DNA from: Octopus bimaculoides
Lineage: Eukaryota
Direction: 5' to 3'
Assembly: GCF_001194135.2 (NCBI RefSeq)
Contig: NC_068981.1
Span: forward strand, 156,615,590-156,679,589
DNA: 64,000 nt
Shown in pieces: positions 37,368-49,968 of this stretch (position 1 is the stretch's first letter; each line of letters starts with the position of its first letter). The notes beneath the pieces are model-generated. The model ran no database searches, was not told the origin of the DNA, and saw only the letters and a program-made list of their open reading frames with translations. The position numbers and the translations under genes were made by a program.

Positions 37368-37645
37368 TAGGTGTCAATTCTTTATGGCCGTTTCAAGCTG
37401 CTCCATTTAAATGATTAATGAAAACATTACATCAATTTGAAAGAAACGGTTCTCGTCAGATGACTGCATAGAGTTCAAATACAAAGGATAAACTATTTTA
37501 AACGAATTTGTTAAAAATGGTTTATCCATTATGTTTGAAGTCTATGCAGTCATCTGACGAGAACCATTTCTTTCAAATTGATGTAATGTTTTCTTTAATC
37601 AATTAAATGGAGCCGGTTGAAACGGCCGTAAAAAATTGACACCTG
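37368..37645. mobile_element. Almost entirely palindromic Tc1/mariner-type MITE (278 bp)
   Basis: Left half is the reverse complement of the right half (e.g. ACATCAATTTGAAAGAAA..GGTTCTCGTCAGATGACTGCATAGA). Right terminus CACCTG-TA. Confidence 0.9.
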
Positions 37646-37658
37646 TACATCTTTGTTA

Positions 37659-37695
<37 letters not shown>

Positions 37696-37784
37696 GACTA
37701 TCCCGTCGAAGGCAAGTATGAGCGTTTAGCAATTGCCGATCGACCTGCACAAATGATTTGTTTACAGGGATCAAATGTTCGTGC

Positions 37785-37986
37785 CACACATTAGCTCACT
37801 CCCTCCATCAAATCGACGTTGTCTGATCAGGTGCACGGTGTACCACACGTTAAGTGTTGAAGTGATCACAGAGCAACTGGAAATGAAGTGATTTGCTCAA
37901 GAACCCAACACACCACCCGGCCTAGGAATTGAACTCTCGGTCGCTTGATTGTGAGTGCAACACCCTAACCGCTAAGCTGTGCCATC
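37785..37986 (-). mobile_element. SINE family D
   Basis: tRNA-like head (GGTTAGGGTGTTGCACTCACAATC..GAGTTCAATTCC) followed by CTTGAGCAAATCACTTCATTT. Confidence 0.75.
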
Positions 37987-38042
37987 ACACACATACACAC
38001 ACATACATGTGTGTGTGTGTGTGTGTGTATGTGTGTGTGTGT

Positions 38043-38109
<67 letters not shown>

Positions 38110-38654
38110 NNNNNNNNNNNNNNNNNNNNNNNNNNNNNNNNNNNNNNNNNNNNNNNNNNNNNNNNNNNNNNNNNNNNNNNNNNNNNNNNNNNNNNNNNNN
38201 NNNNNNNNNNNNNNNNNNNNNNNNNNNNNNNNNNNNNNNNNNNNNNNNNNNNNNNNNNNNNNNNNNNNNNNNNNNNNNNNNNNNNNNNNNNNNNNNNNNN
38301 NNNNNNNNNNNNNNNNNNNNNNNNNNNNNNNNNNNNNNNNNNNNNNNNNNNNNNNNNNNNNNNNNNNNNNNNNNNNNNNNNNNNNNNNNNNNNNNNNNNN
38401 NNNNNNNNNNNNNNNNNNNNNNNNNNNNNNNNNNNNNNNNNNNNNNNNNNNNNNNNNNNNNNNNNNNNNNNNNNNNNNNNNNNNNNNNNNNNNNNNNNNN
38501 NNNNNNNNNNNNNNNNNNNNNNNNNNNNGGTGTTCGAGCTAAATTTGACAGTTTGCAAAAACGGAAAAGAAAACAAAATACCGTAGCCAAAAGGAAAAGT
38601 TTTTTAAAAAGTCAAAGAATATCGACTAGACTTTTTGCTGGGATATAACAACTT

Positions 38655-39000
38655 ACTCAAAGCAAGCGACCTCAGCTTCCAGCACGCTCTCAAGGCGGCT
38701 TCGGAACTTCACGCATGCGTTCCTCATTGTGGAGGAAGATCTCTTTGATAATGGCCACCAGCTCGGCCTTGGTGTTGCAGGCAGAAAAGTTGGTGTCTTT
38801 CTCAATCGCACTTCTTTCCGGAAGTATGGCAAGGAATCGAATACTGCTGCCACACATATGGCCTTCCAGCAGCAACTCTCTCTAGTCAGGGTTTGACCAG
38901 AGTCTCCAACAGCTTCACATAGCTGTTGAATTGAGTTTAAGGTGCTTCTCAAAGATGTGAGGATGAAATCTGGCGTGCGATGGCCGTCAGAATGCTTGTT
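38655..39000 (-). mobile_element. maT/DD37D transposase C-terminal fragment
   Basis: PHIFEK, YVKLLETLVKP, VAAGRPYVWQQ, AIEKDTN..CNTKAELVAIIKEIF, NACVKFRSRLESVLEAE. Confidence 0.85.
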
Positions 39001-39139
39001 TTGCCTCTTTGTACTGGCCATGGCTTTGTAGACACCACTGCAGTTGTCCATGTCGCGCCTTACAGCCGTTACAGTATCCACAAAGTATTGAGCAGCTGTC
39101 ACAACGACGGTCATTTTGACACTTTGCACGAACATATGC

Positions 39140-39185
<46 letters not shown>

Positions 39186-40309
39186 NNNNNNNNNNNNNNN
39201 NNNNNNNNNNNNNNNNNNNNNNNNNNNNNNNNNNNNNNNNNNNNNNNNNNNNNNNNNNNNNNNNNNNNNNNNNNNNNNNNNNNNNNNNNNNNNNNNNNNN
39301 NNNNNNNNNNNNNNNNNNNNNNNNNNNNNNNNNNNNNNNNNNNNNNNNNNNNNNNNNNNNNNNNNNNNNNNNNNNNNNNNNNNNNNNNNNNNNNNNNNNN
39401 NNNNNNNNNNNNNNNNNNNNNNNNNNNNNNNNNNNNNNNNNNNNNNNNNNNNNNNNNNNNNNNNNNNNNNNNNNNNNNNNNNNNNNNNNNNNNNNNNNNN
39501 NNNNNNNNNNNNNNNNNNNNNNNNNNNNNNNNNNNNNNNNNNNNNNNNNNNNNNNNNNNNNNNNNNNNNNNNNNNNNNNNNNNNNNNNNNNNNNNNNNNN
39601 NNNNNNNNNNNNNNNNNNNNNNNNNNNNNNNNNNNNNNNNNNNNNNNNNNNNNNNNNNNNNNNNNNNNNNNNNNNNNNNNNNNNNNNNNNNNNNNNNNNN
39701 NNNNNNNNNNNNNNNNNNNNNNNNNNNNNNNNNNNNNNNNNNNNNNNNNNNNNNNNNNNNNNNNNNNNNNNNNNNNNNNNNNNNNNNNNNNNNNNNNNNN
39801 NNNNNNNNNNNNNNNNNNNNNNNNNNNNNNNNNNNNNNNNNNNNNNNNNNNNNNNNNNNNNNNNNNNNNNNNNNNNNNNNNNNNNNNNNNNNNNNNNNNN
39901 NNNNNNAATCCTTTACCCTTTTAATTGTAATAATTAATTATTCACTCCCGGATAGTAAACCACAGATTTTCTTCGGTACCGCCTGCGACGCACATGGTAA
40001 TCCGTGAGGGAAGATGATGGGCTGGCTCGCCTATGTAGATTTGGAGATACTTTCAAGATGTGTCGACTGCAATGATGGCGCTAGATCATGCATGCACATT
40101 TGCCAATATCGTCGAATTTACAACAGGAATATCATACCGATGAGGTAATGAAGAGTTTTTATGCTCCTAAACCAGAAACATGTCTATGATTAACTATGGC
40201 TAGTTTAGTTCGTAATTTTTCTTCTTGTGTTGTCTATGTGAGTTGCGGGTAACTGATATCTGTTGGAGTTTCAGCATTTTTAGCTGCTATTTCTGAACTT
40301 CAGTATGCG

Positions 40310-41451
40310 GCTAAGCAACATCTTGATTCCTCCTTTTCCCTCTTTTCCGTTTCTTTGGTGCTGTATTCCATCCATCTTTCTCTTCTGCCTCTTTGTTCTC
40401 TTCCTCCTCCGGTTCTTTCTCGCTCACACTCGATGTCACAAGAGGTGGAGGTGCGGATTGTTTCGTTGGTTCCTTTGCGGCAGGTGGAGGCCATTCTGCT
40501 TTTATGTGACCTTTTTGACCACATTTAAAGCATTTGGGCGTCCTGCCGTCCACCATGACTCTCAGCTTTATATCCTCTCCTACTGCGATAGTTTCCACCA
40601 TCTTCTCCCAATCTCCGTGGAGGCCTGGAGTATCATTTCTAGGCCCTGCCCTAGCCAATTTCTTGATGGCACTCTTTTGGCCAGGTGGACCACAAACTTG
40701 TCCTCCATACCCAGCAGGATGGCGGCTACCAGCCAGGCAACATCCACCTCAGGGGGGATCTCTTCTAGCCTTACCCTAGAAGCATGCCATTCCAGGTAAA
40801 TGGGTAGAAGGACTATTCGTCCGTTTTGAGGGGAATCACAGCATACTGCCTGGCCAAAGCCTCCGACACAAACCGCACCTCCACCGTTGAATATTTTCTG
40901 CCTCTGGCAAGGTAATTCACTTCCTTCCATATTGGCCTCAATGCTTTTTCAACCTGTGCTTTGGTTGCGACATCTATTCGCTGCAATTTCAAACTGTAAG
41001 TTCTGTACAGTACGGTTCTTCTTTTTAACTCGTTCCGTTGTCTCACTGGGAGGGACATCTTTACATTGTTCCCTTCCCTTTTAAGCATTTCTTTGAATTT
41101 ATTCAATTCTTCCAAGCATACGTCCTCACTTTTATCTTTCACCGCCTCCGCAAAGTTCTTGGCCCCCATCGCCTCGTCAATCTTTTTCAGACTTTCAGCA
41201 AGTTCCTCCTCGGATGACGACAAGTTTGAGGAGCTAATCTTTTCGGTTCTCGCTTTCATTATCGCGCTTCTCCCTTCACATAAGGGGGGGAGAAGCGTCA
41301 ACAAAGCCGCCTTAGGCAGCAAAACAAGGTTGTCGTTAGATACAAAACAGTTGAAAAAGTAACAAACAATTTAACTCACAGAAAAATCCAAGATGTTAAC
41401 CATCCAAGGATTTCACCAGACTGCAAACGAAATAACAACTCTACCACTTCT
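40310..41451 (-). mobile_element. Tx1/L1-like ORF1 (gag-like) element copy, 3'-truncated
   Basis: Frameshifted ORF1 with a coiled-coil-like N-terminus, zinc-knuckle variant CFKCGQKGHIKAEW and basic KKRKRGKRR tail. 5' end CAGAAGTGGTAGAGTTGTTATTTC. Confidence 0.8.
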
Positions 41452-42200
41452 GACTTATTCTTTATTACCCACATGGGGCTAACAGAGAGGGGTGATACAA
41501 GGACAGACAAACATATTAGTGGGGGAAAAAAGAAAAACGAATGTAAAAGGTGGATATGAATAATGAAAAATGGAAATAAGGCCACTCGACACCACATCCG
41601 AGCGACCTCATTTAATTTTTTTAACACAATTCTTTTTCTTACATCAATTCGTTACAAATAGTTCCCGAGTTCAAGATGATGAAAGGCCACCTTTGGTGGT
41701 AGCTTACTTACATCTACCTCTTTTTTAAGTCCACGATCTCTGCCCCGAACCTTTTTTTCGGTGTTTTCCTTTCTTCGTTGCTTACTATGGTGTATTCAAC
41801 GTACTCGGGCCATCCCTTGCATTTTGAAACGTCCAGCGACACTTGAGAGTTTATTTCCTTTCTTATTCTCTTGCTATATAAAATGGCATACAGTTTCTTT
41901 CCTTTTTTTCTCTTCTTTCTTTTTGAGGTGGGATGGGGGGGGATTTCGGGCTCCTGTGTGTTTGTCATTGTATCTGTGTCAGGTGGGGTGGGATGAGGGT
42001 TGTTGACTGCAGGCGGAGGGTGGGAGAAGGATGGGGGTTCACATTTTCGCCTTGATTCCTTCTTTGCCGTTTCTTTGGTGCTGTATTCTATCCATCTTTC
42101 TCTTCTGCCTCCTTGTTCTCTTCCTCTTTCTCCGGCTCCTTCTCGCTAACACACGACGTCGCACGAACGTCGCTAAAGAAATAACAACTCTACCACTACT
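41452..42200 (-). mobile_element. Internally deleted copy of the same element with complete 3' tail and no ORF2
   Basis: Same 5' 24-mer (one mismatch), joined to the ORF1 C-terminus (matches 40310-40440). ORF stop at 41714, ~260-nt UTR, tail ..GCCCCATGTGGGTAATAAAGAATAA. Confidence 0.8.
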
Positions 42201-42204
42201 GGCT

Positions 42205-43728
42205 ACTTGCAACGGCTGACTGCCTGATTTTATAGCGGGTTCTCATACCACTTTGCCACGTGGGAAGGAGTGCACCATTTCACTACATCTCACCTTTTAG
42301 TTCTTTTTTCTTTGGGAAGCAAGTAATTTCATTTTACTTTATTTACCCCTCCTCCCTTTTTACAACTTGATATATTTTTTTTTGTTTTTGGAGTTTAGTT
42401 GTAGGAACCTTGTATTCTTCCTCCACTTGTACGCGTGAGTTCAACTACCTTTAACGGTATTGGTACCTGGAATATGTCATACAGCCACTCCATAGGTCCT
42501 TCTAATCTGTCTGGTTCATTTTCTATGAATATCTTCTTTAATTGGTTTCTGTGTCTTTTTCAATGCTTTTTTGCTTTTTACACCGTACATCATTTTTCCT
42601 ATGTGCTTTGTAATTTCGCCTTCTTCCCAGTACTGTTTTCCATTTTTATACGACCTCATGTACACCTTATCACCAATTTTGAAAAATTTTGCATTGTCTT
42701 TTCTGACACTTTTTCTTTCCTTGCCTGGCAATAGTTTATCAAAAACCAATTTCACCTTCCTGTCGAACATCAGTTCTGCTGGTGAGCTTCCTGCTGGTGT
42801 AATGGGGTTCGGTATCACCCTGTATAACCTTAGGAATTGCTGTAGAATGACTTCGTCTGTGACTTCCTTGTTTGCTTTTCTCAAAACTCTTTTAAAAGTG
42901 TCAACAAATCGCCATATCCGTCCATTTGATCGTTTTATGTTATACTGTGAACATTTCGCAGAATTTTCTAAATTCACTGGATACAAATTGTGTTCCATTA
43001 TCAGAGACAATCAAGTCTGGGATGCCGAATATTGCGAATAATTCATGCAATTATTACGATTGAGTCAGTTGGTCTTTTGCACTTAACAATTTCTGGATAT
43101 TTTGTAGAACTGTCAACGACTACTAAATAGTAATAACCATTTAACGGATCCGCAAAACCGATGTGTAGTCTTGTCCATGGACTTTTTACTTCTGGCCAAG
43201 ATTCCCATTTTCGAGTAGGCAATTTCGCTGCCAGAGCACATCCTCTGAAGCCTTTTACTGCGTTTTCGACTTCCTTGTCCATCTTCGGCCAATACACATA
43301 ACTGTGCAAAAGCGCTTTCATTCTTGCGATCCCCGGATGTCAAATATGGAATTCTTTCAACATACTTTTTTGTAGAGTCTCAGGTATCACTACCCTTTGG
43401 CCATACTTGACGCGTGTCGCTTTATCTCCCCCAGAGTTATTTGTAACTCTCGTACAATGTTCCACATTATGTGTTTAATTTCCCCTTCGGCTCTTAGGGC
43501 TGTTATTACTGTGTCCTCGAATGGTTCGCCATTTCTGGGTATTAATCTGGATAGACCGTCAGCATGTCCTAGCTTTTTCGAAGGCAAATATTCCATCGCG
43601 TAGTCGTAGTTAAGTAGTATGGTGTCCCAATGCTGCAACCTGTTTGCTGTATATACTACGATTCCTTCCTTGGATCCATAAATCGTTAGCAACGGACGAT
43701 GGTCTATTGGTAGTCTAAACCGTCTACC

Positions 43729-43768
<40 letters not shown>

Positions 43769-44680
43769 TTGTGGAACTTTATGTCAAATGCCTCTTTTTC
43801 AATTTGGCTATAATTTTTTTTTCTGCTGGCAATAGCGTCCTTGACGCGTGAGCTATGGCCTTTTCACTGCCATATACACATTTGTGTAGGAGTACGGCAC
43901 CTACCCCGCACTCACTAGCATCTATTGCCAGTATCGTCTTCAACTTCGGATCGAAGGGTGTAATACGTTTAAAGTCCTCAAAAGCCTTCTGGCATTTTTC
44001 TGAACAAAACCATTTAGCATCCTTTTTTACAGCTCATTTAGGGGAGCTCATGTGTTGTGTACGTTTGGGATATAAACTCGATAGTAGTTTGCCAAGCCTA
44101 AGAATGTTTGTAACAATCTGACATTCGTTGGTGGAGGCACATTCCATATTGCCATCGCCCTTGATGAGTCTAGTATTCGGCCCCTTTCGTCAATTACGTG
44201 ACCCAGATATTTGACCTTTCTTTCGCAATCATTTAACATTGCGTCCATCACTTGTTGGAATATGGCAGGTGCAACTTTTACTTCAAAAGGGAGCCACTTG
44301 AATTTTTATCTGTAGGTAGGATTGTGTTCGACTAAACAGTAATTTAATCCAGTTGAAAAGTCCGCGCACACTCTTAGTTTGTTTTTTCTTTACATAAACC
44401 GTCAGTGCTGCCCAGTCTGAATGGTCGTCTTTTTCAATTATATATAGACTTTCTAGTCTTTCCAGCTCTTTATTGACATGGTCTAACGCTGCAAACGGCA
44501 CGTTCCGTTTGAGCCTATACACAGGTGTTGCCTTTTCTTTTACCGCGATCCTCGCGTTTGTTTTAGTGCAACAACCTAATCATTTAAAAAAAATTTTTTT
44601 AAATTTGAAACAATTCCTAATTTTTTTTTGTCTCAGTTGCTTGACTTCAATCGAACTTTTGGCCGTGCCAGATACATTTT
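42205..44680 (-). mobile_element. Gypsy/Ty3 LTR retrotransposon remnant (RT-RNaseH-IN, PPT, partial 3' LTR)
   Basis: PVYRLKRNVPFAA, APAIFQQVMD, VKYLGHVI, FLGLANYYR, IDASECGVGAVL, AIAHASRTL, DHRPLL, HADGLSRL, HPGIARMK..WPKMD, SPWTRLHI, SNG..RFVDTFK, SPAELMF. PPT-like AAAAGGTGAGA then TG at 42287. Confidence 0.93.
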
Positions 44681-44852
44681 CACGACAGCACTATATTTAA
44701 TGTGTCGTCCCTTAACGTAGCAAACATTGTACGGATATTTTGCTGATGCAAAAACAGTAAAAAGAACATAAAATATCCGGATTTGGTAATTATTTTTCGT
44801 GGTCACGATGCAAACGGTAATGAAATAAGATGCATCATATAAGCATACTTAC

Positions 44853-44905
44853 GAATTATGCAAATTGTGAAGAAGAGGAATATATCTGTTCCAAATGTCC
44901 CTTCT
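44853..44905 (-). CDS. Candidate coding exon of an unidentified membrane protein (speculative)
   Basis: Acceptor TTTTTTCAAATGACTTTAG, donor GTAAGT, 53 nt, open frame EGTFGTDIFLFFTICII. Phase-compatible with 58941-59005. Confidence 0.2.
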
Positions 44906-45051
44906 CTAAAGTCATTTGAAAAAAGTCCTCATATCAGAGCAATAAAAAGAGTTAGTTTATTACTTACAATCCTTACGTGTTATAAAAAATAAATATGAAT
45001 TGTGTTCCTTTAAAGGTTGTAATTATAAGAGTTAATTAAGTAAGACATTTT

Positions 45052-45252
45052 GTGATTCACAACTAAGTAACATTCCAATTCTTTCTTTGAATTCTCTTTT
45101 TTTTTTTTTTCGCTAATTCAGAATATTTTCTCTAATTCTAAATATTCAGTCAATTTTACACAAATTGATTAAACATTTAGGATTAGAGAATATAAATAAC
45201 GTACTGAAAACTTGTTAAGCTACATTTTGAACTGGAAACAACTGGCGGCGAA
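45052..45252 (+). mobile_element. Possible solo LTR end with PBS-like sequence
   Basis: TG..., TATAAATA at 45191, ...GGAAACA followed by ACTGGCGGCGA. Opposite orientation to the adjacent Gypsy, and no partner LTR seen. Confidence 0.25.
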
Positions 45253-45489
45253 TTGACGGGGCCGGGAAAGCTTAAGACAAAATTACTTCGCAGTATTTGT
45301 TTTGGATCGCTGCACTTCTTTGTAGAATCTGATACTTCATCATCTGATGCCTTACAATTTGAAATCTAATACCTTACATTCAAACTTCTTAAAATATATT
45401 TTACAATTTGATATCAATGTAACGTCTTACAATTTGGTATCTTATCATCAGACAATTTACGGAGAGATATATTACAGGTATTTATAATG

Positions 45490-45695
45490 GTTTCAAATTT
45501 CAGTACAAGACCAGCAATTGTGGGGGAGGAGGTAAGCCGATTATATTGACCTCAGTACTTGTTTTATGCCCCACCCGCCAAAGGATGGAAGGTAACGTCG
45601 ACCTTGATAGAATTTGAACTCAGAACGTAAAGACGGACGAAATGCCGTTGATAATTTTGTCCGGCGTACTAACGGTTCTGCCAGATTGCCACCTT
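45490..45695 (-). mobile_element. SINE family B
   Basis: Similarity to the other family B copies. Confidence 0.8.
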
Positions 45696-47019
45696 ACAAG
45701 TAGTTATAGTATAATCAGTTATAATAGATGTTGATATCTAACAAATAATTATTTTATGAACCGGTGTCTTAACTAGCTTCATATCTTACAAACAATACAA
45801 TAGCAATTTGAATGGTTTTAGAGTTATTTTTTAAAAAATTGATTCGGTTTGAAATTTATTTTTAAATGAAAAAAATAAGGAACTGTAGAGGGAAGAATAC
45901 GAATTAGAAAAACATAAGTGTTTAAAAAATTAAACACGAAATCTGAAATGGGTTATGGAGTATGGTTACAATTCGAAGATAAATACTGAAATAGGAATTC
46001 TTCCGTTAAAAAAAAAAGCCAGTTACAAAAGAAAAAAAGAATAATTTCGATTCGAAATTATATTCTGTTACTGATCCGCTCCCCACAACTGCTATGTGTT
46101 TAAGACATTATTTCACTTTGAACTATCTCTAATTTCAAACCGAGATCCTCAGAAATAATGGAAGAAATGTCAAGAACATGAATTGTTTAACACACCACCA
46201 GGCGGGAAAAGGAGCACAACTGAGATATTTGGAAATCAAAAACGAGGTCATGCACAACATACTGTTATATTTTTATTTATCTATTTGTTCGTTCTGAAAG
46301 ATTTGTCACACTTTTAGTTTGTTAGATTTAATAGTAGCCGTGAGAGTTTTGTACTTTTAATGTAAGTTTCAATGCTTTGGCTTTGCACAAAAATGAGTAA
46401 AATTAATATAATAAAAAGCTAAATAGAAATGAAAGAAAAGTAAAAGATGTATTGTTATATTACTGATAATGTCTGTAATTCTTTAGAGTCCTCAACCCCC
46501 AATGACCGATTTGGAATACTTTTGTTTATTTTGCTTCTCTGGGTGGCAAATTTCGAAGATTGACTTCAGTCAGTCGGAAAAAACAGGTGACAGCTGTTGT
46601 AATCGTCATCGCTAAAAGCAAAATTAAACCTACGAAGATATTTTCTGAAACCAGAATTTTTCGTTTTTCATTAAAATAAAGACAAAAAAGGGTCACCGTA
46701 TTTGATTTACATAACAGGAATGACAAGTTCAGCTTGAGTATACACGCATACACATATGCATAAAATCAAAAAGAAGCTCACGTACTCATACACTGGTAGA
46801 TATTAGTTTACTGTTAATACAGTCAATTATTTGGGCAGTTTCATCTGAATTTACTAAAATTTCTTGATATTTGATTTGAAAATTATCTTTCCAGTTTCGA
46901 GAAAAACATCAATATTGATGACACCAGAAAAAGAAGTGTTCTAGAACGTTTTTAAAAGTCGTTTTCTTGTTTTATGTCTAAAGAAACTGAAAGCAAGCAA
47001 AAATTAAAAACCATCACGA

Positions 47020-47190
47020 ACGACGGAATGGAAAACTTTAGAAGTTTGTGGGAGAAATTAAAAACAGAAGAGGATGCGGTGAGCTATTTTCAATAAAAGG
47101 AAATAATACCAGTGCTCAATGACACTGCAACACAACAGGCTGCAACAAATTTGTGTTTGAGCAGAAGAGGACCTGGTTTGAAAGTAGTAC
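47020..47190 (+). mobile_element. Possible Merlin/IS1016-like transposase N-terminal fragment
   Basis: MENFRSLWEKLKTEEDAVSYFQ*KEIIP resembles the Merlin N-terminal EExAxxFLQxxGIIP. Short and decayed. Confidence 0.35.
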
Positions 47191-47216
47191 TCTTCCACGA
47201 ACAGATACAGCGCAGG

Positions 47217-47375
47217 TAGGTGCAGGCATGGCAATGTAGCAAGAAGTTTGCTTTCCAACCACATAGTTTCATGTTCAGTCCCACTGCATGGCACCTTAGG
47301 CAAGTGTCTTCTACTATAGCCATAGGCTTACCAAAGCCTTGTTAGTGGATTAGGTAGATGGAAACTTTTGTTTGA

Positions 47376-47411
<36 letters not shown>
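47217..47411 (+). mobile_element. SINE family A 5' half running into (TA)n and a gap
   Basis: Head and body match 23874 and 62487. Confidence 0.85.
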
Positions 47412-48849
47412 NNNNNNNNNNNNNNNNNNNNNNNNNNNNNNNNNNNNNNNNNNNNNNNNNNNNNNNNNNNNNNNNNNNNNNNNNNNNNNNNNNNNNNNNN
47501 NNNNNNNNNNNNNNNNNNNNNNNNNNNNNNNNNNNNNNNNNNNNNNNNNNNNNNNNNNNNNNNNNNNNNNNNNNNNNNNNNNNNNNNNNNNNNNNNNNNN
47601 NNNNNNNNNNNNNNNNNNNNNNNNNNNNNNNNNNNNNNNNNNNNNNNNNNNNNNNNNNNNNNNNNNNNNNNNNNNNNNNNNNNNNNNNNNNNNNNNNNNN
47701 NNNNNNNNNNNNNNNNNNNNNNNNNNNNNNNNNNNNNNNNNNNNNNNNNNNNNNNNNNNNNNNNNNNNNNNNNNNNNNNNNNNNNNNNNNNNNNNNNNNN
47801 NNNNNNNNNNNNNNNNNNNNNNNNNNNNNNNNNNNNNNNNNNNNNNNNNNNNNNNNNNNNNNNNNNNNNNNNNNNNNNNNNNNNATATACATACCACGGA
47901 CTTCAACAGTTTCTGTGTACCAAATTCACTTACAATGCATTAGTCGGCACAGTGGGACTGAACCGGAAGCCATGTGGTTGCAAACCCAGGTCCTAATTTT
48001 TTTGTAAACATGGTCTTATTGTTCTTTTTTTATTATTTATCTTTGTTATTTGTGAAGAAACCTAACTTCAAGTTACTTTTTACAGATCACTTTTTATTCA
48101 CTGTTTTCTAAACCCGGGGAAAGTAAGTAGCGGAAAAAATTTTGATTTTGTCCTCCACAAAAATTTTAGGTCATGCGCTTACACCACCTGCGCCCCCCCC
48201 CCCACCATGCACTCTGTACTCACGCCCTTGATTAGCATATTTACAGAGAAAGATAATAAGATTTTATGACGTTCAGATCTTCCTCAATTTATAATAAAAT
48301 AACCTGGAAATGAAACGGTGTCTTGAAATTCCCTTGGTGGGAAGATTCTTATTCTACGACAACCGAAGATGCTTAACCTCCTCCCCTGAGTTATATATTA
48401 CTTTATTTGGCACAGTGTTAAAAGTTCATATGATACTGGGTTGAGTGAAAGGGCGTGTGAATTATAGTTCACACGTACAAGAAAAGGGGGACAGAGAAAA
48501 GGAAAAAGAATAGAGAATGAGAGAAGGAGGTGCGAAGCGTAGAGTCGTATGATGTTTTACAGTTCTGACATAGAAATCCCTTGGAGAAGAACAATTCTGA
48601 AAGCGAAAATTTATGTTCATCTGAAACTGTTTTTTACATTCTTCCACTTATTTCGGCCACACCATCCTCCTCATTTTTATTCCATTCTCCATCTTCTCCT
48701 CCTCTTCTCCTCCTCTTTCTCAACCTTATTATGTTTGTTACTCCTGTGCTCGATTATGAAGTAAACTTTTGCATCAAATAGTCAAGTTGATTTGTATTTT
48801 TTTCCAGATATTCAACTCAGCTTCGTATTAATTGTTATTGTTGTTTATC

Positions 48850-49295
48850 AGTTTCGGCGTCCCGTAATGCCAGTTTCAATACCTTTACATGTATCATGGC
48901 AAATGGCAGTATTCGAAGAATATTAGAGCTCTGTTCTCACCTTTGAACACATTTGAGTTTTATGGAGTTTGGGGTTCGAAATTACTGCTTCAAAACTCCT
49001 TTCCTGCGCATAACCTGTTCACTGAAGCCATATTACAAATTTTTACAGTTCCAGTGATGGATTGGATCTGTAGTCATCGAATTAGCTTTCTCCTTTCTGG
49101 TTTTGAGAAGCCTAATTTCTCAAGATTGGTATTTAGGCAGTGTGTTACATATCCTACGGCCCCCAATAATTACAGGTATAAACCCGAACTGCAGATTTCT
49201 CTACAGTTCGGCATAGGTGTTCTCTTTTTCACTGATCTTCAGCTTTATGTTAACATCCGCTGGACAGCTAATTTCCACAACTGTGCACAATTTCT
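48850..49295 (-). mobile_element. RLE-LINE C-terminus plus 3' UTR
   Basis: SCPADVNIKLKISEKENTYAEL*RNLQ..FIPVIIGAVGYVTHCLNTNLEKLGFS..GTVKICN. Confidence 0.8.
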
Positions 49296-49751
49296 CTTCT
49301 CTGTGTGTATGTATGTATGTATGTATGTATGTATGTATGTGTGTGTGTGTGTATGTATGTATGTTTGTATGTATGTATGTATGTTTGTATGTTTGTATGT
49401 ATGCCTTTATTGGCATTCATACATTTACTGACTTGCAGACAACTCCTTTAACTCTTTTAATCTCACTCTCTCATTGTTTTCCTTACTCTCGTGTGAAGGG
49501 CAAGGGAGAAAAACAGATTCTTTACTCGACACGGCAAGTGAAGCTCTCGAGCATTTCTAATACCACTTATGGACTGATTCTCGTCGACTAAGACCATCAC
49601 CAGTTTACTCGAATTCCAGATTTCAGCTCCAGAGAACGATGTGTTTTACTACTCTATTTTAGATTGTATTTCAGCTTTGCATTTGATCTCTTCTACAGCT
49701 CTATTATCCACAAACTAAAGCTAGTGGCGCTGTAAAAATTATTGTGTAAAT

Positions 49752-49968
49752 AAACCTTTCTACTATATGCCCAAGGCCTGAAATATTTTGTGGAGAAGTG
49801 TAATCGATTATATCAATCCCAGTGGTCAACTGAAACTTATTTCATCAACCCCCGAAAGGATAAAAGGCAAAGTCGACCTCGACGGAATTTGAGCTCAGAA
49901 CGTACTGACAGACAAAATGCTGCAGGCATTTTGTCCGGTGTGCTCACGGTTCTGACGGCTTTCTGCCT
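49752..49968 (-). mobile_element. SINE family B
   Basis: Similarity to the other family B copies. Confidence 0.8.

Noticed and set aside
44700-45250. 5' LTR and gag of the Gypsy element
   Set aside because: No match to the partial 3' LTR at 42205-42287 is visible; the element is 5'-truncated.
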